Origin: Stegostoma tigrinum
Lineage: Eukaryota
Reading direction: 5' to 3'
DNA length: 64,000 nucleotides
NCBI RefSeq assembly: GCF_030684315.1
Contig: NC_081360.1
Location: forward strand, 10,892,599 to 10,956,598
Shown: positions 62,336 through 64,000 of the stretch, one piece after another
How the letters are laid out: each line of letters begins with the position of its first letter
Position numbering within the stretch: the stretch's first letter is position 1
Program-made: the position numbers and the translations under genes
Notes under the pieces: model-generated
What the model was told of the DNA's origin: nothing
Seen by the model: the letters and a program-made list of their open reading frames with translations, nothing else
Database searches by the model: none

Positions 62336-64000
62336 TGCACTTTACTAGTGTTAAGTGCCACTATCTCTTCTCTGATACTTACCCTCACAAGGCCACCACT
62401 TATACTAGCTCTACGAATACACACAACTTTCAACAAGGCTCATAGATGATGATACTCATGATTGCATGCATCATGTCCACTCAACAACTCTTACCAATCT
62501 TTTCCCCCAAACTATTAACCATTCCTGCCCTTTTATACTCACTTACTGGGATGACTTCACCATCTCTCCTAGTCCTGCATCACCACTGCTACTGTTTTTC
62601 CTTCCACATCCATCGTATTCAATCCCTCCCTTTCTCTCATTCCAGGAAAAAAAAACAAGCCTACACCCAGACTGAGAGGGACAAGACAAACAAAGGAGTG
62701 ACAACATAAGGCTCCTCATAGTATATGAGTAGAAAATACTCAAATTGGCCACAGAAGAGCACAACTGCTATGAGCAGGTGGGGAGATGTCACTAGTGAAG
62801 CAATACAATATTGTGCTATGCTCTACTGCCCTCCCATTAATGCCTTAGTGAAGCCTTGGAGAGTGCACTGCAAGGCTTTCAATTACATCCTCTGCTAAAT
62901 CAGAGACTTTCACCTCGGTGAGCACTTTGTCTAGATTTGACTCAGGAGCATAATCTTGTGAGCACATCACTGGTATGTCTGTGCATCTGATTGTGGAATA
63001 AATGTCATAGGTCTCTGTCACCCAGAGGACTGTTAGAAACCTGGAAAACACTCAGCAACAGGAAGAATTCAATTCTATGATCTCAGCTATTAAAATTTTG
63101 TCAAAATGCACAGATAGGCACAGAGACTGGACAAAGGTTTGCCAGAGTCAGTTTAGTATACTGAATCAAAGTGCATTTACTGTCTCCTTGGGGCGGGCCG
63201 GGTACCACCACGGAAACCCAGATCCAGCATATTCAGTGTCTGTCAGCCATATGCATGAACCTACATTTCAGCCATTGGTGGTAAGTATTAAGGGCAATGA
63301 GAGACAAAGGAGACCAACCTTACTCCAAGTGTCCAAGTTTCACAGAAGCAGAGGGTGTGCCAGCAGCCTTCAAGTGGAGGAGGAGCCAAACATAGGCTTC
63401 CTAAGACATTCTTTTCAGGATATTCAGAAGTACCTGTTTCTCCTGAGCTGTGGTGCCAAAGTGCCAGATACCCTCCATATGGGCAGAATACTCACAGCCG
63501 GCCTGGGCCCTCTCAGCCCAAAAGCTTCAGAGGACAAATGTTCGAGTCTTCTGGGTCAACAAGGCCATCTACAAAACAGCTGTTATTTACCTCACCTGAC
63601 AGATGTCAATCCTGCACTTAGTAGGAAGGAGGGGAAGAAAAAAGCTTAGTGAAAATATATAACTGGCACGTAACTGACATACACTTCACAAAATCACAGA
63701 ACTGTTTCCCTCCAGTGTTCTGTACATTAATTTCAGATTTCCAACATTCTCAGCTTTTTGCTTTTATTGTAAGTTGAAGAGCAATTTGGAGATCTTTGGA
63801 CATAGAAAATATTCCCCTTCATATTTTATCTCTATTGTATTAAATATAACAAAACTGTAAGTATATTCAATATGCATATTTATGATGCCTTTCTAAATAA
63901 TATTGAACAAAAATAAATTTCTGCCCACATTAATTAATTTTAAAAGGGAATGCTTCACCTAGGATTTAACATTTTGATTTGATTTGATTTATTGTTGTCA

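Noticed and set aside
63077-63649. 190-aa ORF
   Set aside because: No recognisable domain or splice context. It may be the decayed remainder of the Harbinger Myb ORF region, but this is unsupported.

Overview
This is eukaryotic DNA, not prokaryotic. It is repeat-dense intronic vertebrate sequence, most likely from a shark or other elasmobranch, judging by HE1-type tRNA SINEs, CR1 LINEs and Deu-domain SINEs. The only host coding sequence I can support is one 186-bp WD40 exon of SPAG16 (+, 17204-17389), so the window appears to lie inside two very large SPAG16 introns. Nearly all other ORFs in the track are fragments or antisense shadows of decayed mobile elements: CR1, L2 and Tx1 LINEs; Neptune-type Penelope-like elements (RT plus GIY-YIG); PIF/Harbinger remnants; Gypsy fragments and solo LTRs; and a 3'-truncated endogenous retrovirus. 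Two signals stand out. (1) A minimal hammerhead ribozyme (CUGANGA-stem-GAAACGUH) sits at the terminus of the Penelope elements. The same terminus also occurs as stand-alone ~190-250 bp fold-back (inverted-repeat) mini-elements, several with their own 13-15 bp target-site duplications, and one of these sits ~20 bp from the SPAG16 splice donor. (2) The provirus has a tRNA-Ser PBS, a CCHC Gag, a class III/spuma-like RT and a class I/epsilon-like RNase H, plus a near-perfect 3x81-bp duplication across its protease active site. All family assignments come from motif recognition by eye, without database searches. Boundaries of decayed elements are approximate.
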